Positions 39,201-53,520 of a DNA stretch of 64,000 bases are shown one piece after another (position 1 is the first letter of the stretch; the number at the start of each line of letters is the position of its first letter). The translations under genes were made by a program, and so were the position numbers. Location of the stretch: the NCBI GenBank assembly GCA_964016885.1, contig OZ024742.1, positions 95,852,001 to 95,916,000 of the forward strand. Reading direction: 5' to 3'. The DNA is from Eledone cirrhosa (taxonomy: Eukaryota). The notes beneath the pieces were generated by a model. It did no database searches, was not told the origin of the DNA, and was given only the letters and a program-made list of their open reading frames with translations.

Positions 39201-40981
39201 TTCAAAAGTTTAGCCCTAGGACAGACTTAAGTGAACAAACATGTTGAAAGGTATTCCATCCAGTTTTTCTTTAGTGTATTCAGAATTACAGTGTTCAATG
39301 TATCCTTCATTATTTAAAGGAGTTTACTGTGATTTCATATGAATTTGCCTGCTATGTCTAGCAAGTCATATGTGACTATACAGAATCTCCATTGATGGCT
39401 GGTTGGAGTTGTAGTAACCATGCTGTATTTAATGGAATTTGACTATTACCTTTAACAAGTGAACTAACCTTGAATGGTTGATCTGTTAACCCTTTCTCGT
39501 GCAAGTTGCTCTCCATGGTTTTCAATTCATTTTGAAGATAATCAAGTATTTTGAAGGATTTATTAATATAACTAACTTTTTCATTATTAAACTGGTGCTT
39601 GGAACATTAGAAAGGACATCCAGTTATAGAAAACCTGCCAGAGACAGTTCTGTACAGGTGACACACGGTCTCGCCTAAAATAGGACAAAACCGTCCAACC
39701 CATGCTAGCGTAGAAGATGGACGTTTAAATGATGATGATAAACACTTAAAAACAAATTGATTTTATCATAAAGGCATTTTGGTGTGTAAAGAGTTATTTA
39801 CTTTATATATTTACTTCTTTGACTACAATAAATCATTGGACTGTAGCTATGTTGGGAAACATCAAAGTCTGTCATATAATATTGTTTTCTACCCAGAAAT
39901 ATGTACCAACTTATTCCTTATTTAGAGGTGCACTATATATGTCATGGAATGGGTCTTTGATGGTTAATGTGAAATGGCTGAGTATTCTTAAACACATTGT
40001 ATTTGAAATTATTTGAATTGGTATTTGGATTAATGAATTTATGTATTTGAGTTAATAAAGAATTTGTAGGGATTTAGTAAAATGCTTATTTATTTCATCA
40101 TTCAGATGGTATGTGTGACATAAACAAACAAATCATTCCAATATCAAATAATGTTTGAAGATATTAATTTAAAGTGGAAACCTTTGAATGGGTAGTTTTA
40201 TTTCTTAGAACTTGAGACAGTTTTGAGCAGGTTGATATAGAAAAGCTTAATATAATTCTCAACAAGAATCAGCATGATACAAAACTGGATATTTGAATTA
40301 CAGCTACATTCTATTTTACAGACTTCCACACAGTTTTCTTCTACCCAATTTCACTTATAATGCATGTATCAACCTAAGATTAGGCTGAATGACATCTGTG
40401 CAAGATATGATGCAATGAGTTGAAACCCAGTTCAAAGATAGTAAGACATTTTTTTAAAGAGATGTTTGCTACAACCTGAATGCGGTTCCATAAAAAGCAT
40501 TCAAAAGTACAAGGTAAGGTTTGCAAGCAAGATGTGAGTATCTAGCCCACCTGAGAGGCCAGTAGCTATGCTTGAGTACTGGCTTGGTCTGTGATAACCC
40601 ATTCAACCCTTGCTAGCAGGGAAATTGGACAATCATTTTTTCTCTACAGCTGTGATGATTGCTAAACTCTAGCACCATATACTGTGTGATATGTTTTGCC
40701 TATTTTAAACAGACTCAATAGTAAAATATCTAGTATTTAAATATGTATAATGTTATATGCTGTATATTGTAATGTAAAATTAATCTGTCAATATTCTTGA
40801 AACATGAACTCATGCATAGATGTTGGCATGTCTGTATAGTTAACAAGATTGTTTTGCAACCACAAGGTTTTGAGTTCAGCCCTACTGCATGGTACCTTGG
40901 GTAAGTCCCTTCTACTATAGCTTTGCATTGTCAAATGTTTTGTGAGTAAAGTTTGGTACACGAAAACTGTGTAAAAGCATG

Positions 40982-41022
<41 letters not shown>

Positions 41023-41085
41023 AAAGGTAAACAGAAATAACAACATAATCGGTACAGTATATGGAAGGGATATATATATATATAT

Positions 41086-41215
41086 AAGGAAGAGAAATTG
41101 AAAATGCAACTGGAGTCTTTTTAAGAATATTTATTGATTTCCTTTACTAGTTTCACAGTTCTTATGCTTTTCAAAAGTAGAATTGAGGTGGAGGGTTTGT
41201 GGCTTTTCTCGCATA
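41086..41215 (-). mobile_element. 3'-terminal fragment of the 28.1-kb Penelope-like family with U3-A8 hammerhead (41142-41177)
   Basis: Minus: ctt TTGAAAA gca taagaac tgt GAAAC ta GTA aag; shared 'gaaaatgcaactggagtct'. Confidence 0.8.
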
Positions 41216-41294
41216 TGTTTATATACAATAGACATGGGTAGCCTCACTGATAATAAAAAATATTTTTTCATAATGAAAACGAAAAACATCGTAC

Positions 41295-41795
41295 TTCTGT
41301 CCACACAACCCTTACACAGTAAAGATGTGTTGGTATCACAACATAAAAGTATCCAGCCCATGCTGTAAAGTGGTCAAATAGGTGTCATGATAAAAAGCAC
41401 CCAGCACACTCTGTAAAGTAGTTGTATTGGTATCATGGCAAAAAGCACTCAGCCCACATTGTAAATGTCGTTGGGATTAGGAAGGGCATCCAGCCATAGA
41501 AACCTAGCCAGAAACAATTATGTATGAGCAAGATATGGTCACCTGACACAACTTGACTCAAATGCGATAACTTCTCTAACTCATGCTAGTGTGGAAAATG
41601 GATGTTAAATGATGATGATGATCATCATCATCATCATTATCATCATCGATTAATGTCTAACTTCCATGCTAGCATAGATTAGATGGGTTTGACCCATTTA
41701 GAGACAATTTGGGTTGGGTGACCATGTCTCGCTCATATAGGACTGTTTCTGGCAGGTTTTCTACAGCTGGATGTGCTTCCTAATGCCAACCACAT
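41295..41795. mobile_element. Two RTE-type 3' ends tail-to-tail ((GAT)n meets (CAT)n at about 41622)
   Basis: 'ttaggaagggcatccagcc' on plus, then 'gctggatgtgcttcctaatgccaaccac' as the minus copy. Confidence 0.75.
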
Positions 41796-41800
41796 ATATA

Positions 41801-41840
<40 letters not shown>

Positions 41841-42257
41841 AAATGGGGAGAAGAATACTGCAGGTTGCACATGGATAACATGTTATAAAATGAGTCCCTC
41901 ATCAGTGATTTGCCAACGATCATAGATATTTCATTGCATTAAAAATCATATACCTCACGTTGGTGCAATAATAACTAAATTAAGTTATTAGGACAATTAA
42001 AACGCGTAAAGCGAGTGAGACAAGTAAACAACAAAGAGGAAAGCTAACCGTAGATAGGAAGGGCACAAGCTCATAGTTATTCTGTCAGCATAAGCTGGGT
42101 GAATATATGAGCGTGTAGAAAAAAGACCTTTCGAGATGAATCCAAATGTAAGAAAGAAGGAAATGTTTTCGTCGTGAACGGGGTGAAGTGAGAAGGGGAG
42201 AAACAGTGAGTGAGTGAGTGGAAGTGTGAGGAAGAGGTCATATATATATATATATAT

Positions 42258-42385
42258 TAGCCGTTGAAATGGCTTGAGCTCAGCCGTCGGGGTCCTACTT
42301 GTTCCTGTTACCCATTCTACTACTCTAGGTATTGAGTACTTTGGTGTGTTATGGTCCATCTGCTTCCTTACCACATTTCCTTCAT

Positions 42386-42386
<1 letters not shown>
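42258..42386 (+). mobile_element. Family-A fragment in opposite orientation
   Basis: Reverse complement of about 5615-5742; TATTGAGTAC at 42330. Confidence 0.85.
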
Positions 42387-42437
<51 letters not shown>

Positions 42438-44029
42438 TATATATATATTTATATATATGTTCATGTATATATATATTTGTGGGTGGGGTATGTGTGTGTG
42501 CCCATGTATGTGTTTGCTTATTTGTCATAGGTTAATGGTTTGACAAAACGAGATCAATAAAATAAGTACTAGATTGTCAAAAATATGTACTTGGGTCAAT
42601 ATAACTAAATCTCTTTGTGGTGGTGCTCCAGTAGGAGCACAGACTAAAGGCTGAAATCAGCAAAAGAATTAAATAATACTGTATACACCAAAATGTCTTT
42701 AAGTTTCTCTGCCTATCTGAATCTGTGTTTATGACTTGGATTTACTGAGTCTGTGGAGTGTCTCAGGAAATTGAAATCAAGAAAAAAAATTTTTCTTCAG
42801 TATTTAATCTTATTAACTTGAGTTATAACCCAAAGCCATATTTGCAGCAATAATATGTATGTTTACATTCACAAATTAGATAAAGTGACTCCCTAGAATG
42901 CATTGGGAATGGTTAGCAATTCATCATATGAATGTTTGGCCTTCAGGGAATGAGAAAAATATGCAAATTCAAAGACCTAGTGCCATGGTAGTGCTGAGAA
43001 GTATTTAGATTTCTATGTAGTTTATTGAAGTCTTCTGTTCCCAAGAGAGGTAAAAGCAAGTAAATGAAATATAATATAATAATTTTTTATTAAATAAATA
43101 CAATTCTATATGGTTTATTTAAAGTTTGCTGCTTATGAAATCCAACTGCAACAGTGGGTGACAGAAGTGACATTTTCATCATTGAAATATTCAGTTAAGA
43201 TTGAGAGGAGAAATTTTAATATTCTGAAGCAAGAAACCACGAAGAATTTCTCTATAGAATCTGTAATCGGCAAAAGAAATTAATATTTCCTCATATTTCA
43301 TTTTAAAGAATTTTATTCGAAGGAGAATATTTGAAAGTTTATGAAGTAAGAATGAGGAATGTTCCAATTGATATTGATTTACCATTTACATAGAGCTTGA
43401 TATTAATTACTTAACATGTTAACTTTAACTGAACATGACTTTACAATGGAGATATTTGATGTGGGTGAGTCATTTCTATGTTGCTGACATTGTTTATCAA
43501 CAACTTCTCTGTTGAAGAAAGATTTATTAAAATTTTACTCGACTAACTCTTTAAAAGCTTGTTTCATGGAGCAGTTCATTTCTTCTATAATTCCTAATGT
43601 TATTAACGTTGTTATTAACGTTGTTATTATTGACTAGTCATGTATGAACTTCCTGGAGTAGAGAGGTGGCACAAAAGTAGCCATTAAAATGTTTAATTAA
43701 AGTAGGGTATATTTTTTGTGGCAATCATCTATCATCATTATCGTCATTTGAAAACTTAAGAGAGGAAGCATGTGTTTTCTATTGTAGACTTAGTAAGGAT
43801 AGAGTTTGATTAATTTAGATGGATGATTCCTTTCACGTGCTGTATATACACTTTTAAGGTCTTGAGTCATCATCATCATCCTTGTTTTTACATCCACTTT
43901 TCTATGCTGGCAAATGTTGAATGGGATGCTTTGAGATAATCTTTTACAGTTAGATATACTGCATAATGCCAACCCTTTTAGTCCCATATATATTTGTGTG
44001 TGCACATATTTTATTAAGGCTGATCCAGA

Positions 44030-44450
44030 AGCCTTTTACCCTGAAGTATCTGCTGTATGCTACAGGTTTCTCAGAATTAAGTACTAGAGAATAATGTAAA
44101 CACCCCAAATGCATATGCTTTAAAATGTGTTTGGAGCACAAAATAAACAGCTTTGTCAGGCAGCAAGTTAACAAATATGCTGGCCGACAAGAACCACTCC
44201 TAGTAATGGTAAAAAGATGGAAGCTTGACTTGTATGGTCATATATCCTGTCACAACTCCTTCAGGACACAGTTGGGGGAGGGTGAAGAAAAGGCAGAAAA
44301 AGAAAATGCTGGTCCAACAACATCAAAGACTGGTCACAACACTGAGACCCTTCTATGCATGATGGAAAATAGAGACTAATATTAACAACTGACTGCAAAA
44401 GTGTCCAGAGTGGCACTCTAATGACTGGCTGCACCAGTTATGGGAACATG
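44030..44450 (+). pseudogene. Decayed RTE-like LINE C-terminal fragment (different family)
   Basis: EHKINSFVRQQV...EPLLVMVKRWKLDLYGHI resembles the RTE thumb motif KRRKLxWFGHV. Confidence 0.6.
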
Positions 44451-44694
44451 GTTATTCCTGTATAGAATAACAGTGATATCCTTTTACATGTTTCACATAT
44501 CATTGGATGTTTATCAGACCATGTTACAGTTGCTGATTAAATGATTTTATAAATTTATTTAATTTCTGTCTAATAGAATAGACTGAAACAACTAACCAAA
44601 TGTCTTAAATTTTGTGTTTAAAATTATTATTTAGGTGCTCCAACAATTTCTCATATTTCAATACTATGAAACATGTTCATGAACTATTACACAT

Positions 44695-45528
44695 CCATGG
44701 CATGCTTTGATGGATGTGTAATATTAATATACATGAACAGCAACACATAAATCAACTGAGAGAGAAACTGGGCATAAGAGGAATCAGATGCAATATACAG
44801 GAAAGGTGTGTATTGGTATAGACATGTGATGCATATGAAGGATGACAGCTGTATAAAATGGTGAAGGGTGCTGAAAGTTGATGGTAGCTATGGAGTAGGA
44901 AGACCCAGGAAGTTTTGAGTTGAGGTTACCTTACACAAGTGCACCTCTCAAAGGTGGTGATACAGGATTGAGATGTCTAACATTATGCAGTAATACAGAA
45001 GACCCACCATCCCATGAGCACAGGATGAAGCATACATTTATTATGTACCACTTCCCCCTACCTTTCTCCCTCCCATCATAAAACTCCATCCACGTCCTAG
45101 CACTCCACCCTTCACCTGTGTCCCTACCCATACCCCTCATCTGATAACTTCCCCATCCCTTGATCTAGCTCTCCTATACATATGCACCTTCCCCACCCCA
45201 GCACCGTGTCCACACTGTAAGGTGGTTGTTTTGGTACCACAATTAAAAGTGCCCAGTCCACACTATAAGGTGGTCATTTTGGTGACATTTCAAAAGGTAC
45301 CCAGTCCACCCTGTAAAGTGGCCATGTAGGTGTCATGACAAAAGGGGCCCAGTTCACACTGTAAAGTGGTTGGTGTTAGGAAGGGCACCCAGCCATAGAA
45401 ACCATGCCAAAATCAGTTCTTTATGTGCAAGACATGGTCATTTAATCTGGCTTGTCTCACAATGGGACAACATAGTTAAGCCATAATAATTGGGGAAATG
45501 GACGTTAAACAATGATGATGATGATGAC
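44695..45528 (+). mobile_element. Decayed RTE LINE 3' portion
   Basis: Collinear with about 3585-4243, with stops and frameshifts; GAT tail. Confidence 0.82.
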
Positions 45529-46286
45529 TAATGTCATATTGACAAGGATTTTTTGTCACTGAAATGTATCAAATACACAATTTTTTTTTTTTTCGGCACA
45601 TAGTATTATTTCTGCCACATAATTTGTAGTGCAATATTATTTTGGCAAGTGTTAACCCTTCTGTTATATTTCTAATGAAAGTCACTTCCTATGATTTTCA
45701 AATTATTTTGAAATTAATCAAGAATTTGGATGGATTTAGTAATATAACTTTCTCGTTATTAAGCTGATGTTTGGAACATACCTTAACAAATGGTCTTATA
45801 AAAATTTATCATAGAAGATAACTATAAATATATGCAGTTTTGTGTCACAGAACCAGTGTGATATCAAAAAGTTTGGTATCAGGCACTGGTGAATAAGGAG
45901 TTGGAGGGATAAAGCTAAACAGTATTGAATTGAGTAAACTTTCAATCAATTTTATGGCTAATACTACCAAACTATCTATGACACTGTTAATATTTTATTG
46001 TCTGTGTTTGATGACTTTCCTGATTCTGACTTTTATATTATTTAGAATGTCTTTGCTAATTAATTCTTGGCTGGTTAATCTACATTTTAGACTGGAATTA
46101 AAGTTCTCTTTATGATATTTTAACGTGATATCTGCTTCACGCTTGGTTAAACATTCTAAACAGTCTGGTTTTAATTTGTTGCTATATTTTGGACATCATT
46201 ATTAATATTGTTATGCCTGTGTGAACTGACATTTCCGCAGTTTTGAGAGCAAAATTGCTGTGTAGGTATTTAGTGTCCATTTAATT

Positions 46287-46326
<40 letters not shown>

Positions 46327-48328
46327 TTAGTTTTATCAAAAAATGAAATATTTTCACTTGATTTGTTAATGTTTTTTTTATGTTAGAATTTAGGCTGTGT
46401 TAGAAAACTTTGTGGTGCTAATATCTGGATATATCATCATAAATCCACACTATCCATCCATATGAACATTGTTAATATTTTTCAAACATCATCATCATCA
46501 TCATCTTATCATTATCATCATTATCATCCTGCAGCAATTTTCTGTGATGGCATGGGTTGCACAGGTCATTATAGTCTGAGTATAGATGAGACAGAGAACC
46601 ATGTCTTGATCACATATTTTCATATTTGATATGGTTTCAATGGCTGGACATTCTTGCTAGTGACCACCATTTCGCCGAGTCTACTTGGAAATCCCGGCAC
46701 TACTTCAACATAAAGTGTACTGGGTGCATTTCATCATGACACAAGCAATAGTGAGGTTCTCATATAACCAAAAAGACTGGGAGTCATCTCTACATTATAT
46801 TATCTCCAATTACCAATCATTAAACATATACTAGGTACATTCAGTCGTTGTACCAACACCAGAGATGTTATCAATTCCTCAACAGGACCAAATATCGACT
46901 CTACTCTATGTCGTCTCAGGCTTTTTATCAACTGCTTTATCAAGAATACTTAGTGCATTCCACACATGGATTCAACAGAGTACATTATAATTCAAATGAA
47001 CCACAATATAATATGAAAAATTCTCAATAGAAATTTACAAATGATTATAAATGTTTCAAGGCTGCAGCAAATGTTGCTATCAATACCAAAACACTGAAAG
47101 ACGTATTCCATATACCATATTTAATAAAATATTATCATATTGCCTCACAGCTCTACAGATTTTTCCAGATTCCAGAGAGAAGGTTTTAGCTTTAGTTCTA
47201 ACTGCACTTCTTCAGGCTGGTCAAATAGATGAATGCTCCCATTGACCCATACATTTATAGTCACATAAGATACAATGTAAAATCATCACAAATATACAAA
47301 GATTACAAAATACAAGAATTTCTACACAACTTACTGAAAAATTCCTCGTTCAGAGGATGCAAATAATACTACAAAATGATCAACATGTGATAAAAAAAAC
47401 TAAAAGGTATTTATCTGGAGTCAATAAGACACATGAGCACAACATGTATCTTAATTCATCTTATTTAATTTGTAATCCACAAAAGTTTCAATGAAAATAT
47501 ATTAACAAGTGTATATATATATATATATATATATAACCATACATATATATATATATTAGACTGTGGACATGCAGGGCCCTGCCTTAATTTAGTAAACTGC
47601 AGTACTTATTTTTTTCAATTCAGATACGTATCTCATTGATCTCATTTTTGCTGAAACATTAAGTTATGGGACGTAAATACAAAGATATAAATGTAAACAT
47701 AGACAGACACACACACACACGTGCATGCATACATACATACATATATATATATATGTATAGATTTATGTATATGTATATATATAACACCATAAATATATAT
47801 GTATACAGAATTTTATGAATACAGGTTATTTTTTGTTGTCATGCATGCATACCTAAATGCACCAATATGCATATATATATACACATACATACTAGCAAAT
47901 TCATATGTGCACACATACATAAATATATACACAGATGATTCTGCTGAAATCAGTCTCTGTGTGCAAGTATGTATTTGTGTCTACCAACGTGTGTATGTGT
48001 ATTAGTTTGTGTAAGTACTGCCAAAAAGTAAATATATATAGATACAATATAATGTTTTCTTTATTGAGTACCATTATATTTATTACCTTAGAGCAAGCAG
48101 GGAGCAAATGAACACATCTCTCATGCCTCTATTGTGTTCAAGAGAAGCAAACTATGTGGTTTACTTCCTCCCTCTTCTGTCCCTATATTTTCTGTTGTTT
48201 TATTTTTTAACATAAGGCTCCAAGAAGAAGATGAAAATATACATCAATTCACTATGTTTAACAAGCTTCCTTTTATTCATGACATTTCATTCATTGAACA
48301 ACAAAGCAATAGAGAAGAGAATCTTGCT

Positions 48329-48374
<46 letters not shown>

Positions 48375-49025
48375 AAATTGGCTGTAGCTCTGAAAAAGCA
48401 TTAAGTGTAATAGGGTTTATATAAAAGTATATACTATATATTTATATACAATAAACATGTAGTAGCTTAGCTATCAAAGAAAAAATATTTTTCTCTCCTT
48501 TGTTCTGTGAACCCGTCACAGTATGCCAGCAGCAGTCAAGAATATATATATATGTGTATATTTATATATACATATTGATGATTTGCAGTATTGAGACAGG
48601 GAAGACAAGATGACAAATCAAAGAAATGCCTGATACATATAATGATGTTCAGTGGGTATATCAGAAGATCCCTTACTAATATATATATATATACAAACAT
48701 ACATTAGAATGCTGGATTAAATCATTGTCGGTATATCTTTCAGCTCACTGTCTCCAGAGTTTGAACACAGTACCAAAGAATAATATAAATTTGTCCAAGC
48801 TTTCCTACAAAGGGAAACGATCATTAAATGTTGATGATACATACATAGATACATACATATATGTATGTATATACATTTACCTAATAATATTGCAAATACA
48901 GTTACAAATTTCTGTATATGATATATGAACATACATAAATAAAATAAAAATAAAACACACACTAAGAATATAGTAGCAGTAATAGTAGTAGCAGTAGTAG
49001 CAACAGCAGTAGTATAGGAAAACCT

Positions 49026-49075
<50 letters not shown>

Positions 49076-49109
49076 CATCATTGTATATATATATATATAT
49101 ATATATCAT

Positions 49110-49157
<48 letters not shown>

Positions 49158-49519
49158 TCACAAGCAAGAAATATATTCATCAGTGAAAAGAAAAACTTCT
49201 ACAATTTTGTCTTCTGCAGACCTATGTTGTTGTTTGACATGAGGTTGAAGTGCTCAGCTAGAAGGGTGGAATGGTTTATGATCTATGTAAATATAAAAGA
49301 TAGTTTATTCTTAGCAGATTAAACACACAAGAAGTGCTTAATGGTAACATTCTATTCTCTAATATATATTGTTATGTGATATAAAAGTATATTTTTTATG
49401 TCTAAATTTTAACCTCAATGTCAAACTACACACCAAACATTACATTCATAAAACCTAGTATATGTGTGTGATTGGACGTGCATATGTGTGTGTGTATGTA
49501 AGTGTGCCTGTTTATGAGT

Positions 49520-49551
<32 letters not shown>

Positions 49552-49788
49552 AAATGTGTATTCACTGAGGATGGAAGGTGCAGTAGCGGAAGACTGCAAT
49601 AAACCTAGGCACATATGGTTTAGAGCTGATCTCAAAATGCTCAATTTCAAAGAGTATATGACAAAGGAACACCACAAGTGAAAGTAGGCTGTGTAAGAAA
49701 GGACATATCCAGCTCATGTAAGCATAGAAAACCAGACATAAAATGATTTTGATGTTGATGGTTATATATATATATACATATATGTGCG

Positions 49789-49820
<32 letters not shown>

Positions 49821-50899
49821 CATTGTCATCATCACCTTTTAATGTCCATTTTTCCACGCTTGTATGGGTAGGACAGGTAGTCACCTACCTTCTGAAACAA
49901 GGCAATGTTGCTCATATGAATATGTATTTTGGCTTAGTTTCTATGGCTGGATACCCTTCCTAACACCAACTGCATTATTGTGTGGACTGGGTGCTTTTTA
50001 TTGACATTTTGGAGTGGCAGCAACATAAAAAGGGAGCAAAACAGGACTAATACTCTGTCAACAAATTATAGATCCATACATTAGAAAGATCCCTCTTAGC
50101 CAACATATAGAGGAATTAGGGCAGGCGAACTTTATGAAACTCCAATGTCTTCTCATTCTACCAATGTTGCTAGTCAACATCAGAGTAAAATGCATTGGCA
50201 AAGAAAAGTTTTTATAGAAAAATGTAAACCAAAGCTGAAAGCATTGCATAGATAACATTTGATGCCTGGTCAGATAAGAGTTACATCCCTTGTCAAGAAC
50301 TGGAGTTGTTTTCGTCGACATAAGGGACAATGATACAACCAGTTGCATCCCTTATTTTAACAAGAACATAAGTGACAATAAAATTTCGAATGGCAAACTA
50401 ATTAATTAATCATGAAAAATCTTTTGAAACTATTCTTTTTGGTGGAAAAAACATTTTTCTTCATTATGTACTATGCACATATGTAAATACAAAAGTACAA
50501 ACACTGTTTTTTTTTGTAAAAAATATTTTTCACTATGTACTATAAAATGAAAACACATTAGGTGTTTTTTCAAATCTTTATCAATTTTCCTATATATTTT
50601 TTTCTTATATATAACTTGTATCGAAATTCTTAATCTTCCAACATTTTGATTTTTTTCTTTATATATAATATAATATGTATCATAATATAATATGTATCAT
50701 CATCATCATCATCGTTTAATGTCTATCTTCTACGCTAGCATGAGTTACATGGTTTTGTTTTATTTGATGTTGGAATGGTCGGGAGACCCTGTCTTGCTCA
50801 TACATTTACATATATATATGACTTACTTACAATTAGAAGCACCCAAATCTTGAGATGCATGAAGCAACCAAAATGCTCCAATAACCACAGTCAGTTGCA

Positions 50900-52180
50900 T
50901 CTATCAATACATCATTCCAACATTTGTTGACTGGTTCATGTTTCTGTCAATTGTCTACCACCAGTTCTTCTTGGGATGTTCTTTTCACCTCTCTCTGTGG
51001 AAGTACTACTACAGGACCTGATTAGCATGTTTCTCATTTGGTTGTCAGGTTATGTGCCCCTGCCAGCCAAGTCGATGCTTGTACATGATGTTAGATACAC
51101 ATTGATGCATTGTTGGCAAGTTTGTTGATTCAACTTTTGTTGGTGATGAATTCATACTACCTGATGCCAATGCTTTTCCAGAAGTTAAAAGCTTCTAATT
51201 TGTTCTCTTGGCTGGTCTTCACACTCCACATTTCACACCCAACATGAGTGCTGAAAGCACATTGCTGTTGTTAAATTTCATCTTGGTTCTTAGCCAAGGT
51301 TTTTTTAGGTGGCCAAAGCTTTGCCTATTCTACAATTAATTTATTTCATCATGTCCCCATTTTTGTTCATAGAGCTTCAGAGGTAGGTGAAGCCAGCCAT
51401 AAACTTCACATCCTCTTGATTAATGCAGTCATTTGTCATGATGGATACATATACTAACAATTGTGTTCTTGGTATTATTTTACACTGATGTGGAGACCGA
51501 TGCTGGCTGCAGATGAACCTCTCTCATCTATCAGATATTTCACAGTGGATGTACATTTGGCCATGGCAGCAATATCATCTGCAAAGTCAAGGTCTGAGAG
51601 CTTCTGTTCCTCTAGCCAGTCAATGCCCTTATCTTCTGTTGCTCTTTTGAGAATCCAGTCGATGGCCAAATGAAGGAGAATTGGAGAGAGTGGGCTTCCT
51701 TTGTGGACTCCAGTGATTAACTCAAACGACTCACTATAGCCATCCTCAGTTCTTACACAGTATTTTGAACCAGTATATAAATTCTTGATGGCTGAGACAA
51801 CCTTGGATAGTATACCATAAACTTGCTTGATATTCCATAAGTATAGTCTGTGTAGGCTATCAAATGCTTTAGTAAAGTCAAAGCATGTAATGGCAAGTGG
51901 TACTTGGAATTCATTGTATTTTTCAATGATAAGTAGATATTTTATTGGCACAGGGGCATTTGGGTCAGAATCCAGTTTGTTGTTCATGCAAGACTTTTCA
52001 TTTGATTCAGCATAACCTAGCAGTACACCTTTCATGGTTTGGATGGAAGTGTTATTTCGCTCCAGTTGTCTCATTCTGCAAGATTACTCTTTTGGAAGAT
52101 ACAGGCAATTGCTCCATTCTTCCAGTCTTCTGCTACCTCACCTGTATTCCAGATCTGTTTGCAGAACTGGCGCATCCATA
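50900..52180 (-). pseudogene. Decayed RTE-clade LINE reverse transcriptase
   Basis: FDFTKAFDSLHR, TGVHKGSPLSPILL, LSDLDFADDIA in ORF 51475-52074; degenerate continuation toward 50900. Confidence 0.88.
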
Positions 52181-52189
52181 ATCTTTAGG

Positions 52190-53130
52190 CCATAATAGAG
52201 GAGTTTAAGACAGGTTGACCATTGGAACTTCTATCTGCTGATGATCTGTTTCTCATAGCCGAATCTAAAGTAGATCTAGAGAACAAATTCAGACTGTGAA
52301 AAAAGAACCTAGAATCAAAATGGATGAGAGGACTCTTAGCAAAAACCAAAATGTTAATAAGTAGGAAAGAAGACAAGATAGTGATCCCCTTGGAGAAATG
52401 GCCTTCCTCAATATGTATAAAAGGAGAGGTAGAAACTCTATGCTATGCACACAATGTAAATCTTGGATACACCTGAGATGTAGCAGTATAGCAGTATAAC
52501 ATGAAATAAACATTTTGCTTGTAATAGATATTCAGGGAAAATTAATAGTAAGAATTTCAGTGATATATACCTTTTCCAGCTCCAGGTGGGATCCATAAAG
52601 GTGGTTCATAATTTTTGCTATCTAGGTGACCAAATTAGCAGTAGAGGTGGGTTACTGGAGCATAGTAGCTATGACTGAAAGGTGGGATGTATGTTGCATG
52701 TGTGAAATGCTGCATGATAGTGAAACATGGGCAGTGACTGAGTGACTGCAAAGGTTGGAGAGAAATGAAGCAAGCATGCTTTGATGGATATGCAATGTTA
52801 ATGTGCATGAACAATACAGCGAACAGAATGGATTATTATTTGAGAGTGGAACTGAGTATAAGAGGAATTATATTTTCTGTAAAGGAAAGAAGACTGTGCT
52901 GTTATGGATATATCATGCATATGGATGATGATCGCTGGGTGAAGAAGTGCACAAAATCTCAGTGGAAGCAAGCTGCAGTAGTGGTAGACCAAAGAGGACC
53001 TGGGCAGAAGTTGTGAAGACTATTCTTAAATTACCAAATATCATGGTAGAGATGACAAAGGACCATAACAAGTGGAGAGATGCTGTATTAAAAAGGATCC
53101 CTCTAACCCATTCACACTTGGCAAAGCAAA
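52190..53130 (+). mobile_element. Decayed copy of the PHD-bearing RTE family
   Basis: 'gagtttaagacaggttgaccattggaacttctatctgctgatgatctg' aligns with about 2929-2976; frame disrupted. Confidence 0.85.
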
Positions 53131-53132
53131 TA

Positions 53133-53520
53133 TAAAATAATTGTTTCTACTTTTGGCACAAGGCCAGCAATTACCCAGTGCATTACTGGTACTTTATTTT
53201 ATCGACCCCGTAAGGATGAAAGGCAAAGTTAACCTCGGCGGGATTTGAACTCAGACCATAAAGGGACATAACTATGCTGAAAAGTATGGCGTCCGACCCT
53301 CTACCGATGCTGCCAATCCATGTAAAATAATTGTTTCTACTTTAGGCACAAGGCCAGCAAATACCCAGTACATTACTGGTACTTTATTTTATTGACCCCG
53401 TAAGGATGAAAGGCAAAGTTAACCTCGGCCGGATTTGAACTCAGACTGTAAAGGGACGTAACTATGCTAGAAAGCATGGCGTCCAACCCTCCACCAATAC
53501 TGCCAATCCATGTAAAATAA
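53133..53520 (-). mobile_element. Tandem pair of tRNA-derived SINEs (190-bp period) with Meta-type core
   Basis: Minus: A-box tggcagcatcgg, B-box gagttcaaatcc, core 'tttgcctttcatccttacggggtcgataaa...agtaccag'. Confidence 0.85.

Noticed and set aside
41875-41910. Hammerhead on minus strand (CTGATGA ggga...)
   Set aside because: GAAA is replaced by ATAA and stem I does not pair; at best a heavily decayed relic.
43200-43720. Possible second mariner relic
   Set aside because: Isolated WV and ERW-like words only; insufficient evidence.
46850-47490. Possible MULE transposase relic
   Set aside because: Only vague motif resemblance across stops; cannot be supported without a profile search.
47930-48071. 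Hammerhead-shaped cacaga...GAAAT ca GTC tctgtg followed by TATTGAGTAC
   Set aside because: Core lacks CTGA and stem II is absent; too degenerate to list.
53230-53320. tRNA gene
   Set aside because: A and B boxes are present but there is no cloverleaf; it is a SINE head.
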